The position numbers and the translations under genes are program-made. Below the pieces are notes generated by a model that saw nothing but the letters and a program-made list of their open reading frames with translations, was not told the origin of the DNA and ran no database searches. Shown in pieces: positions 7,667 through 16,025 of a stretch of DNA of 39,559 nucleotides. Within the stretch, counting starts at the first letter, position 1; every line of letters starts with the position of its first letter. The stretch covers positions 1 through 39,559 of the forward strand of contig JAHFSE010000012.1 of the NCBI GenBank assembly GCA_023265895.1. The letters are read 5' to 3'. Source of the DNA: Gammaproteobacteria bacterium (GTDB taxonomy: Bacteria > Pseudomonadota > Gammaproteobacteria > Pseudomonadales > JAHFSE01).

Positions 7667-9739
7667 TTATTGCGCATGAAAAGCAAGATCATCTAATTGA
7701 TAACAACTGTCTGTCACAGTATTTTCGACAAAAGTAATATACTCAAGCAGTATCTTTTGACAAGCCTGCCACAAATATTCAAATCGTTCACCTGATTCAG
7801 ATAAATAAAATAATCGCATCATACTCGACTGACAATGAGCAATGGTCGGCATTAAAATTAAAGCGTCTAATTGATCATTATCTAAATTAAATCGATAAAC
7901 ATAGCGATGCACTTTAGAAAATAATGAATATACCTCAGATAAATTCACTGGCATTTCAGAATACATTGCTCGAATCACTTGACAATGTTGTTGAATTTTC
8001 AAAGCATGATGCTGAAACAACCTGGCAGGCAAACTTAAATCATCAGATGAAGCATTCAAGCTAAAGCTCAAATCAAATAATGTATGCGCTAACTGATGAG
8101 AATCAAAAGGCGTTTCTTGCGTTAAATCAATAGCCTCTAAAAAAGTAGGTATTGCGCCTTCAATGGCAACCCCATCACTGGCATTGAATAAAACAAAATC
8201 AAGATTTTTTTTCAACAATTTTTCAAGATTTATTCTTGCTGCATCAAAAGGATAATCTGTTAATACCGTTTCTCTAAAATTGCCTTTTCTTATCAAAACA
8301 TCTTCATCTACTGCTTCATAACGTTTACGATCTTGACCAGTGATGGGGTCATAATAGTTACTTTTTTTAGAATGATGATATTGACTATCGATATAACCCA
8401 AATCACCACCTAATAAATAAGCTTTTTTAAACCCCCAATTGATTAATAGCGATAAAGCAGCATTCATACCGGTAGGACAACCTAAACTCAATCTAGCCTT
8501 ATGTCCATGAGATAAAAAGTCAACAATATAATCTCCACCAAGATCTGTTGGCTTCAAACATAAACCCACCTGATTAAAATAGCTTAATACTTTAGGATGG
8601 GTATTGGTTAAAGTAATTAATATAATTTCTTTTAAAAAATCAGCGTCATTTAATTCTTCGATCCATTGCGCTTGCGCATAAATGCGCTCAATGACGGTTA
8701 AAATATCTGGCTTAATCCCACAGACATACAAAGATTTTAAAGTAGATACACCGCAGCAAATCAGCAATACTTGATGACGATGTTGCTTTAACCATTCGAT
8801 ACTATGATCTAACGAAGGACCATTACCCACAATCACAATCGGTTTTTTTAACTCAGATTCTTTACAATGAATAGTATGATCGTAGTAACGCGCTGACGAT
8901 TTATAATTAGCCAAGGTATGTGCAATGCTGATCATTTCATCTTCATAAAAGCCCCAACCAATTAAGACTCGATACAACTGAGCAATCAACTCCTGTGCAA
9001 GTTTATCAATTGACTGACTTTTATAATGTTTATAAATATAAATAGAGGCAACGTTAAATAATCCACTATAACGCATATAACTCTGCATCGTTTGAATGGT
9101 ATCTGTTGTTAAATCACCCACTAAAATAGTAAGGTATCTTTCCGGGCTAGATTGATAATCTTCAATTATTTTAACCCAATCCAAACTAAACAATGAAGCA
9201 ATAAAAATTTCTGCTTCTGGCTCATAAATAACCAGATTGTTAACGTTAAATTTATCTATTAATTCTGGAATATGAAAACCTAAACCCACTCCAACAATAA
9301 CCATCATACCCGTACATAGAGGGATTTTTTTATTAAAACCTACAAGGTTAATCTCCTGTTCATACAAATCAATAATGCGGTTAATAAACCCTGCATGCTG
9401 GAAACGATCAAGCGCTCGCTGATCCGTTGTTTTGGCGGTAATATAACTTCTCTTTATTGGTTTTTTGCAATAAAGATCTACTTGCTGACGAATTAAATCA
9501 CTAGGGGATTTTTCATAAATTAATGATCCATTATGCAAAATATTTAATTCCCCACGATCAAAGGTTAAAGCAACTTTATTCAATGGTGTTGTTTTAATGA
9601 ATCGATACAGTTCAGGATAATATTTTTTAAATGCGATTAGATTTTTTTGATAACGAATCTGACACTGACGCTGAAAAACTACATATTCAGCATGATATAA
9701 TTGTTTATTAATACCAGAAATCCACGATTTTTGAATCAT
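7667..9739 (-). CDS. maf: Motility-associated factor (Maf, DUF115/MptE-like) putative flagellin glycosyltransferase
   Basis: The protein is 690 aa. A central PIVIVGNGPSLDHSIEWLK motif plus a later LGGDLGY segment are typical of Maf/DUF115 proteins. The N-terminal NLIAFKKYYPELY region is also Maf-like. The gene lies immediately downstream of fliD. Confidence 0.6.
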   Translation of the reverse strand: MIQKSWISGINKQLYHAEYVVFQRQCQIRYQKNLIAFKKYYPELYRFIKTTPLNKVALTFDRGELNILHNGSLIYEKSPSDLIRQQVDLYCKKPIKRSYITAKTTDQRALDRFQHAGFINRIIDLYEQEINLVGFNKKIPLCTGMMVIVGVGLGFHIPELIDKFNVNNLVIYEPEAEIFIASLFSLDWVKIIEDYQSSPERYLTILVGDLTTDTIQTMQSYMRYSGLFNVASIYIYKHYKSQSIDKLAQELIAQLYRVLIGWGFYEDEMISIAHTLANYKSSARYYDHTIHCKESELKKPIVIVGNGPSLDHSIEWLKQHRHQVLLICCGVSTLKSLYVCGIKPDILTVIERIYAQAQWIEELNDADFLKEIILITLTNTHPKVLSYFNQVGLCLKPTDLGGDYIVDFLSHGHKARLSLGCPTGMNAALSLLINWGFKKAYLLGGDLGYIDSQYHHSKKSNYYDPITGQDRKRYEAVDEDVLIRKGNFRETVLTDYPFDAARINLEKLLKKNLDFVLFNASDGVAIEGAIPTFLEAIDLTQETPFDSHQLAHTLFDLSFSLNASSDDLSLPARLFQHHALKIQQHCQVIRAMYSEMPVNLSEVYSLFSKVHRYVYRFNLDNDQLDALILMPTIAHCQSSMMRLFYLSESGERFEYLWQACQKILLEYITFVENTVTDSCYQLDDLAFHAQ

Positions 9740-9760
9740 TCATAAAATCCTTTTAAATGA

Positions 9761-11839
9761 TTAATGACTATGATTCGATGAAGAACTCGCAAATGCTTGG
9801 GTCAAAAAATTAGACTGAGAACGCAGCGAAGCAACCAAAGTATCCATAGCATTAAACTGAGTTAATAAACGTGATTCAAATTTGTCAGTACGAAGTTTTA
9901 ACTGATCACGACGATTGCGAATACCCGCAAGCCGAGTAGAAAAAGCCGAAGTTTGTTGACTAATAATACCTGAAGTACCAGTTAAACGGGTAATCAAATT
10001 GTCAAAACTCTCAGCGCTGCCGCGAGTAAAATTAACAGTGCCTAAGCTCCCTGTTTGGGCTGCCGTAATGGTTAACTGCAAACCAATGCTATTCCCGGTG
10101 GTCGACAACAATTGCCGACCACTACCCGTCGCAGCTAAACCATTAATGGTCCCCGCCACATCTACACCAGAGGTTCCATTAAGGTTCGTAGCAAAACCAA
10201 CAGTATTCTGTGAATTGATATCTACAGCAGTCAAGGCAATAGCAGAATTAGCACCATAACTATTTGATGTGATGGTCAAACGATTATTGGCATAATTCAC
10301 TTGAACACTTTTATTACTCGCACGCAAACTAGTATCCAAATTAATTTTATTTTGAATCTCAGTAGCTAAGTCAGCGCCTGTGTTATAACTTGTTTGTGTT
10401 AAACCAATAGAGGCAGAACTAATACCATCTACACTGATAGTAAAATTATCATTCGTATCATTAATAATAAAACCAGGAAATGGACCAGCAACAGGATGGC
10501 TTACTAGATTCCCTTGGGTAGCTAATCTAGTCACATTCACGGCATAATTGCTACCTGGCAATGTTGCACTGGTAGATCCCGCATAAGCGACCCCTGCATT
10601 GGAAGCAGCAGCCGTCACGGAAAAAACACGCGATACTTGATCGGGATTCGCGGCTAAAGCTGCTGCTAATTTCGTGGTATTCAAGGATAAAGTGCCATCT
10701 TGCGCATCACTATTAATACCTAAATCCGTGAGCGCCACATAATTGCCCGTTAAATAGGTCACCTGTTGAATAATCGCTTCACTGACCAATCGATGAATAT
10801 TAGAGATGGTTGCATTACCCAAAAATATTCCACCTTTTTTAGTATCGGCATCATAATCGGTATATTGATTGAGCTGATCTTTAAAGGCATTAAATGCAGT
10901 CACAAAATCTTTGACTCGAGTTTCGATATTAGAAGTATCTCGCGCCACACTGATTTGTACCGCATCATTTGGATTGGTACTTTTTAGCGTCAGCGTAACA
11001 CCATCAATTGCATCGGTTACTCTATTGGAATCTCGCGTAAAGGGAATATTATTAATACTAAATGTAGCATCTTGTGCAGCTTTAGATTGAATTAACTGAG
11101 TACCACCACCGGCTTGTCTAAAAGACAAACGAGATAATCCTATGTCATCAAGATCATTACCATCACCGTTACCTGGCGCTTCTGCCACGCTAATATTCAT
11201 ACTATTCTTAGCGCCCGTCAGCGAAGAGGTCAGCACCAATATATAGTTAGTGCCATTATATAAAGTCGACGCAGTAAAACCAAAATTACCGGCATTAATA
11301 TAATCACGAAATCCCGCTAAAGTATTATTCGTGCTATTCACAGTAATTGTTTGCGTCGACAAACTGTTGCTGTTATTAGTAAAACTTACATAATTATCTG
11401 GCTCAGTATGAACTGTTGTTCCGAAGCTTACCGTTAATGTGCCGGTACCAATAGTATCATTTAAGCTGGTAAATGGTGCATTACCACCGGAAGTATACAG
11501 CGTATGCGCTTGAGCCAGCGCTGTGGTTGCTAGCGTATAATTACCTCCAATCGCCGTTGTTGCTGCAGAGGCTGTTGCAACAGTTGCACCCGTGGTTGAC
11601 GCAGCAACACTGACGCTACGTTGTTGAAATGTAGCTGTTGATTTTAAGGCACTTAATTTAGCTTGAATATCTGATAATTTACTCTTTAAATTACCATAAG
11701 CAGAAATTTGGTCGTTAATAGATTTTTCTTCTGCATCTAATTTATTGGCAGCAGGAGTTTTCTCTGCACTCACTAATTCAGAGACAATACTTTTAATGTC
11801 TAGCCCAGAACCAACACCCAAAGACTGTATGCTAGACAT
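9761..11839 (-). CDS. fliD: Flagellar filament cap protein FliD (enlarged, 692 aa)
   Basis: The N-terminus MSSIQSLGVGSGLDIKSIVSELVSAEKTPAANKLD...QISAYGNLKSKLS, an internal FSINNIPFTRDSNRVTDAIDGVTLTLK, and a C-terminal coiled-coil (RRDQLKLRTDKFESRLLTQFNAMDTLVASL) support the call. Confidence 0.9.
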   Translation of the reverse strand: MSSIQSLGVGSGLDIKSIVSELVSAEKTPAANKLDAEEKSINDQISAYGNLKSKLSDIQAKLSALKSTATFQQRSVSVAASTTGATVATASAATTAIGGNYTLATTALAQAHTLYTSGGNAPFTSLNDTIGTGTLTVSFGTTVHTEPDNYVSFTNNSNSLSTQTITVNSTNNTLAGFRDYINAGNFGFTASTLYNGTNYILVLTSSLTGAKNSMNISVAEAPGNGDGNDLDDIGLSRLSFRQAGGGTQLIQSKAAQDATFSINNIPFTRDSNRVTDAIDGVTLTLKSTNPNDAVQISVARDTSNIETRVKDFVTAFNAFKDQLNQYTDYDADTKKGGIFLGNATISNIHRLVSEAIIQQVTYLTGNYVALTDLGINSDAQDGTLSLNTTKLAAALAANPDQVSRVFSVTAAASNAGVAYAGSTSATLPGSNYAVNVTRLATQGNLVSHPVAGPFPGFIINDTNDNFTISVDGISSASIGLTQTSYNTGADLATEIQNKINLDTSLRASNKSVQVNYANNRLTITSNSYGANSAIALTAVDINSQNTVGFATNLNGTSGVDVAGTINGLAATGSGRQLLSTTGNSIGLQLTITAAQTGSLGTVNFTRGSAESFDNLITRLTGTSGIISQQTSAFSTRLAGIRNRRDQLKLRTDKFESRLLTQFNAMDTLVASLRSQSNFLTQAFASSSSNHSH

Positions 11840-11845
11840 AAAATT

Positions 11846-12199
11846 TCACACTTGAATATTTAAAAATGGATTGAGATCCATCAAGGTACTCGTGGAAGAC
11901 TCAACATGATCCAAAGGAATTCGTCGAACAACTTCTTGAGTTGCAGTATTAATAACACTTACGGTTATGGATTTAGTTTCTGGATCTAGGGTAAAACGCA
12001 ACTCATATTGATGGTCTTGTAAAAATTGCTTTAATTGATCATCTAAGTGCGCTAATACCTGCTCTGGCAAAGCAATTGGCGTAATATCCCTACCTGACAA
12101 CTCACTTTCTTGACCAACGGATTTTGCTTGAGAATAAGAATTGGCAATTATATTTTGCGATAACTGAAGATCAGACATTACTGGTGAAATATGCGACAT
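11846..12199 (-). CDS. flaG: FlaG-family flagellar protein
   Basis: The 117-aa product lies between fliC and fliD. The C-terminal ELRFTLDPETKSITVSVINTATQEVVRRIPLDHV matches the FlaG pattern. Confidence 0.7.
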   Translation of the reverse strand: MSHISPVMSDLQLSQNIIANSYSQAKSVGQESELSGRDITPIALPEQVLAHLDDQLKQFLQDHQYELRFTLDPETKSITVSVINTATQEVVRRIPLDHVESSTSTLMDLNPFLNIQV

Positions 12200-12225
12200 A
12201 ATATTCTAGCCTCCCCATTCGACCT

Positions 12226-14202
12226 CTAATGCAATAAAGACAACACCGACTGCATCTGCGCATTGGCCTGTGCCAAAATAGCAATGCCCACTTGTTGTAA
12301 AATTTGTGCCTTCGTTAATGCGGCAGTTTCCGCAGCAAAATCGGCATCAATAATCCGTGATTTTGCTGAAGATAAATTTTGTGAAGTCACTTCAGAATAA
12401 GCAATCGCAGATTGAAAACGACTTTGAGCAGCACCCACATGACCCAAGCTAGATTGAATGCTTGCAATCGCATGATCAATCCGATTAATGGCTCTGTTAG
12501 CATTATTGATGCTACTCACATCCAAGCCTAAATTACTAGAGAGATCGACACTGGTACCACCCGATGAAACAAAGCCCAATTTTAATAACGAAGATCGACT
12601 ACCTTCCAAACGTATAGGATCACCATTTTTATCTGTTAAGGTAATATTGGCGCGATAATTAAAAATACCCGCCCCTAACCCAAATAACTGTGCAGCACCA
12701 CCAGTCGCCTGAAAAGAAATAGTCGCGCCTGACTCAGAAGTTAAAATTAATTGCCCAGTGGTGCTGGCGGAGGCAATAACGCCAGAGATGCCTGCTGCGT
12801 TAATCACATTCACAAGACCCGTAATATCATCCGTTACAGGTGCGCCAATAGTAGCCCCATTAATAGTCAGTTGAAGTGCTACCAAAGGTGGGTTATTAGC
12901 AAAATCGACGGCAAAACTCGCAACGGTACGAATAGCTGCAGAAACGCCAGTCAAGGCTGTTTTTGTATTAATTTCAGCTGCTTTTGCAGCCGGAGTATCT
13001 GAATTAATCGGTCCTAAGGCTATGCCATTAATACGAATATCCTCTCCAGCGCTAACTAATGCGGTTGTGACGGTACCTCCAGTTAAGATATCTGCCCCAT
13101 GCCCTTGTACAAAACCTAAATTACGCAATCGATTCGCCGAATTACTAGACGAAGCACTCCAAGTGATATCCTCACTAGGATCAGAATTAGATAAAGAAAC
13201 ATATCCCGTATAAGTGCCCGCGGTAAATCCCGTATTGGTCACAGTACCCGCAATCACAATATCTAAACCCGTAGCATTGCTTAAGGTAATTGAACCATCG
13301 GTATTTAAAACAGCAGTGACACCACTCACTTGAGTATTAATTTTATCGACCAAATCCGATGGGCTGGTGGTTGCATTAATTAAAATATTATTAATGTTTA
13401 AAGCGCCGTTAGTTACGCCAGAAATAATACTGCCAGAACCTTTATAAACATTATAGGCCGTCGCAGTGACACCGGTAGCGCTGCTTTTTGCGTTAATATA
13501 GGCAACGACAGGCGTAGTATGATTGAGAATATTGCTGGTATTTTTATAGCTTGCCCAAGATAAAGCAGAAAAATTAATTTGCGATAAATTCACATCATTT
13601 AAAACTAAATCTCCACTTGCAAAAGTAGTACTGGATAAACTTAACGCTGAAGAAACACGACCACCATTTAAATCGCCTAAAGGATTATTAAAATTTAAAT
13701 CTTTGGTTGTGACAGAGTCAATAGAAAAATTTACCGTATCGCTACTGCTTGAACCAATTTGAAAAGACAATTGATCCGCACTACCATCCAACAACTTTTT
13801 ACCATTAAAATCGGTATTGTTGGCAATAGTATCTAACTGATTCGATAACTGAGTGACTTCCAATTGAAGCGTAGCGCGATCAGCAGATGAGCTAATGCTA
13901 CTGGATGCTTGCACAGATAATTCTCGTATCCGTTGTAAAAGATTGGTAATCTCCGTTAATGAAGCTTCCGCTGTTTGAAAGAGCGAAACACCGTCATTTG
14001 CATTTTTAACAGATTGATTCAAGCCTCGAATTTGAGAGTCTAAGCGAATGGAGGTCGCTAAACCTATCGCATCATCTTTTGCACTATTGATACGCAGCCC
14101 TGTAGACAAACGCTGCATAGCAACTTCAATAGCGCTTTGACTTTTCCCCAAAGCGCTTTGTGCATTTAACGAAGCAATATTGGTATTTACAATCTGAGAC
14201 AT
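12226..14202 (-). CDS. fliC: Flagellin (enlarged, 658 aa, with repeated flagellin IN-type motifs in the central domain)
   Basis: The N-terminal D0/D1 sequence is MSQIVNTNIASLNAQSALGKSQSAIEVAMQRLSTGLRINSAKDDAIGLA...LLQRIRELSVQASS. The C-terminal sequence is SRIIDADFAAETAALTKAQILQQVGIAILAQANAQMQSVLSLLH. Confidence 0.95.
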   Translation of the reverse strand: MSQIVNTNIASLNAQSALGKSQSAIEVAMQRLSTGLRINSAKDDAIGLATSIRLDSQIRGLNQSVKNANDGVSLFQTAEASLTEITNLLQRIRELSVQASSSISSSADRATLQLEVTQLSNQLDTIANNTDFNGKKLLDGSADQLSFQIGSSSSDTVNFSIDSVTTKDLNFNNPLGDLNGGRVSSALSLSSTTFASGDLVLNDVNLSQINFSALSWASYKNTSNILNHTTPVVAYINAKSSATGVTATAYNVYKGSGSIISGVTNGALNINNILINATTSPSDLVDKINTQVSGVTAVLNTDGSITLSNATGLDIVIAGTVTNTGFTAGTYTGYVSLSNSDPSEDITWSASSSNSANRLRNLGFVQGHGADILTGGTVTTALVSAGEDIRINGIALGPINSDTPAAKAAEINTKTALTGVSAAIRTVASFAVDFANNPPLVALQLTINGATIGAPVTDDITGLVNVINAAGISGVIASASTTGQLILTSESGATISFQATGGAAQLFGLGAGIFNYRANITLTDKNGDPIRLEGSRSSLLKLGFVSSGGTSVDLSSNLGLDVSSINNANRAINRIDHAIASIQSSLGHVGAAQSRFQSAIAYSEVTSQNLSSAKSRIIDADFAAETAALTKAQILQQVGIAILAQANAQMQSVLSLLH

Positions 14203-14264
14203 TATTTAAACACTCCATGCCGAATCAAATTTACTGAAAATACAGCAAATAAACCTCGCTCCTT

Positions 14265-14291
14265 ATAACGGCCACACCACAGATTTCTTTA
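14265..14291 (-). promoter_or_regulatory. Sigma28 (FliA)-type promoter upstream of the flagellin gene
   Basis: The minus strand reads TAAAG-aaatctgtggtgtg-GCCGTTAT. This fits TAAA-N15-GCCGATAA with 6/8 in the -10 element. It lies about 60 nt upstream of the fliC ATG (14202). Confidence 0.55.
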
Positions 14292-14314
14292 ATGCTTTAT
14301 CAAAAACTCAATGC

Positions 14315-14644
14315 TTAAAATGAACCTTCAGCATCATTATTTTGATAATCTGAAGCAACTTTTTGTTGCTTTTGTAACAAAGCAATTTGATTATCCAATA
14401 GCTGTTTACGCTGCATGGCAAAAGCCATCACTTGGTTGTAAAGCGCTTGTAGCTCAATAGCAATCGCAGCAGAAGTCGCGTTCATTTCATGGCTATGGGC
14501 GGCTAAAACCTTTTCTAATTCTGACCACTGTTGAGTGGTATAAGTTTCCAATTTTTGTTCAAACTCATCCCACTGCTGCGCATCAGCCGATGCTTTAATT
14601 GCTGCTAACAATCCTTTATGCGCATTTAATGTCTTAATTAACAT
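14315..14644 (-). CDS. Putative flagellar export chaperone FliT-like protein
   Basis: The 109-aa predicted all-helical product starts at ATG 14644 (MLIKTLNAHKG). AGGAAA lies upstream, and the ATG overlaps the fliS stop (ATGTTAA). The QQWDEFEQKLETY and C-terminal QRKQLLDNQIALLQKQQK segments are reminiscent of FliT, as is the position after fliS. The longer track ORF would overlap fliS by 67 nt. Confidence 0.45.
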   Translation of the reverse strand: MLIKTLNAHKGLLAAIKASADAQQWDEFEQKLETYTTQQWSELEKVLAAHSHEMNATSAAIAIELQALYNQVMAFAMQRKQLLDNQIALLQKQQKVASDYQNNDAEGSF

Positions 14645-15063
14645 GATGTTTCCTCCAATTTTCTGGCTAAATAAACTAATGCATCTTGACGTATCCCAAC
14701 CCATCCAGCTCTAATTTCTTCTGCTAACTGTGCTACCTCCATCAGTAAATCCACACTATTTTGATAATTGGCTTCAAATAAACGACGCACCATATAACCA
14801 TACAAAGCATCTAAATTTTCAGCAACCATACCGCCCTTTTCTAAATTGATATAAGCTCTTAATCCTTCTAAAATCAAAATTGCTTTACTAATCAGACTCC
14901 CTTTTTGCTCAATCTTCCCACCCTTCTCCAAGGCATACCGCGCACTGTGAATTCGCTCAATCAAACCATCATAAAGCATCTGAATCAATTGATGATCATC
15001 GGCATAAGCAACAGCAGATTGTTGATGAATTGCTTGATATTGTTGTGCAATCAATTGTGACAT
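14638..15063 (-). CDS. fliS: Flagellin-specific export chaperone FliS
   Basis: YQAIHQQSAVAYADDHQLIQMLYDGLIERIHSARYALEKG ... ISKAILILEGLRAYINLEKGG ... ENLDALYGYMVRRL is a typical FliS four-helix pattern. Confidence 0.9.
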   Translation of the reverse strand: MSQLIAQQYQAIHQQSAVAYADDHQLIQMLYDGLIERIHSARYALEKGGKIEQKGSLISKAILILEGLRAYINLEKGGMVAENLDALYGYMVRRLFEANYQNSVDLLMEVAQLAEEIRAGWVGIRQDALVYLARKLEETSC

Positions 15064-15091
15064 AGGTTGAATTTTCCTTTTACATAGAAGA

Positions 15092-16012
15092 TCAATTTAA
15101 AAAATTAAATAAGTTTAAATCACTTATTTTAGCGAAACTGGCCTGAGCAGCCTGTAATAAAGTAGTTTTTAAATTTAATTCACTCACCATTGCTGGAAAA
15201 TCGATATCATCTAGTTGTGAAATAAGTTTTTTAGATTCCAGTCGTGCAGCATCATTGACCTGTGTCATATCATCTAAATATTGCAAGCGCCCCGCAATAC
15301 GCGTTCTGGCTGCTGAAATATGATCTAACACCAAATCTAAATGGGTTAAATTGTTTTTTATTTCCTGCTGATTTGTTGTTTCTTTAGAAGAATAAATCGC
15401 ATGAGATAAATCATTCACAGTATTCAGTAAGCTCTTAGTTTCCACTTCAGAAGTAATACTCTCAAATAAATCATAACCACTTTCATTGACTGATACTAAT
15501 TTTTGATAACCTACCTGAATCTGTTGCTTATTATTTTTATCCCCTTCATATTCAAAAACACCCGCACTATTTTGGGTAAAAGGCGGACTTGTTTTAAAAC
15601 CTGAAAATAAATAATTTCCGTTTGAATCTTTGGTATTCTCTAAATCCAGTAATTGAGTAGCTAGACTTTGTAATTGGGTCGTAATTTGATTTTTATCAGC
15701 TGAAGATAATGCGCCATTATTCGATTGAATACCTAGCTCTTTTGCTCTATTTAATACTTGCACTATTTGATTCAAAACAGAATCCATTAATTCATTTTGT
15801 GCAGTAGCTATTTTATTATTTTTATCATACTGATCTATGCTGGCTAATCCCTGCTGTAATCTAGCGGATTGAATGGCCGACTCAGGATCATCGGAAGCTT
15901 GCAATCTTTTTTTATTACTGGATATCTTATTTTGAATTTCTGACAGCTGACTTTGCAAATTCTGCAAACCAAAAATACTTGATTGATAATATTGAGCAGT
16001 AGAAACTCTCAT
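15092..16012 (-). CDS. flgL: Hook-filament junction protein FlgL (HAP3)
   Basis: The N-terminus MRVSTAQYYQSSIFGLQNLQSQLSEIQNKISSNKKRLQASDDP and a flagellin-like C-terminal helix are present. The gene follows flgK. Confidence 0.85.
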   Translation of the reverse strand: MRVSTAQYYQSSIFGLQNLQSQLSEIQNKISSNKKRLQASDDPESAIQSARLQQGLASIDQYDKNNKIATAQNELMDSVLNQIVQVLNRAKELGIQSNNGALSSADKNQITTQLQSLATQLLDLENTKDSNGNYLFSGFKTSPPFTQNSAGVFEYEGDKNNKQQIQVGYQKLVSVNESGYDLFESITSEVETKSLLNTVNDLSHAIYSSKETTNQQEIKNNLTHLDLVLDHISAARTRIAGRLQYLDDMTQVNDAARLESKKLISQLDDIDFPAMVSELNLKTTLLQAAQASFAKISDLNLFNFLN

Positions 16013-16025
16013 ACATTAATCTTCC

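Noticed and set aside
9999-13213. Plus-strand ORFs of 63-86 aa inside fliD and fliC (9999-10259, 10766-10987, 12751-13002, 13022-13213).
   Set aside because: They are antisense to high-confidence flagellar genes, have low-complexity composition, and lack start signals. They are shadow ORFs.
14645-14704. The N-terminal extension of the 129-aa ORF (MGWDTSRCISLFSQKIGGNI...) overlapping fliS by 67 nt.
   Set aside because: The internal ATG at 14644 has an AGGAAA Shine-Dalgarno sequence and overlaps the fliS stop (ATGTTAA), a typical coupling arrangement. The extension has no sensible sequence features.
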